Source: Phoronis australis
Taxonomy: Eukaryota > Animalia > Phoronida
Direction: 5' to 3'
Assembly: GCA_002633005.1 (NCBI GenBank)
Contig: NMRA01000013.1
Location: 1,091,001-1,155,000 of the forward strand
DNA length: 64,000 nucleotides
Made by a program: the position numbers and the translations under genes. This document shows positions 63,841 to 64,000 of this stretch, in pieces (position 1 is the stretch's first letter; each line of letters begins with the position of its first letter). Below the pieces are notes generated by a model. That model had not been told where the DNA came from, ran no database searches, and saw nothing but the letters and a program-made list of their open reading frames with translations.

Positions 63841-64000
63841 TATTAGACCGGCAGCCCAGAGCACTTAGCATAGATGAACGAGGTACCAACATCTGACCAC
63901 GGGAGCATTTAAAGTCCACCTCTGTATGTACAGAAATGGACGTCTGCCGTTGTCTGCACTCTGGGTGTGACCCCTGGGGGCCTTACAAAGACCCCAAAAA

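Overview
AT-rich metazoan (probably invertebrate) genomic DNA with one 460-N gap. The only host gene I can support is the 5' part of a soluble guanylate cyclase beta-type gene (GUCY1B2-like, H-NOX heme domain) on the minus strand. Three coding exons (7473-7546, 7156-7256, 915-1098) have canonical AG/GT sites and compatible phases and splice to residues 2-121, placing the proximal heme His at position 105. The ATG exon is most likely 22982-23014, and the 3' part of the gene lies left of the window. The rest is intronic or upstream DNA full of old, nested mobile elements: TTAA-flanked Kolobok-type elements (two with THAP remnants), CA...TG elements with 7-8 bp TSDs, an Academ-like TAG...CTA element, a solo LTR, a Penelope-like remnant with a minimal hammerhead ribozyme, tRNA-like SINE heads and MITEs. 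I found no convincing new multi-gene system. The best leads are a candidate mutually exclusive N-terminal exon for the H-NOX domain and a 7-bp-TSD CA...TG element carrying Kolobok-like transposase remnants. All family assignments come from motif recognition by eye, not from database searches.
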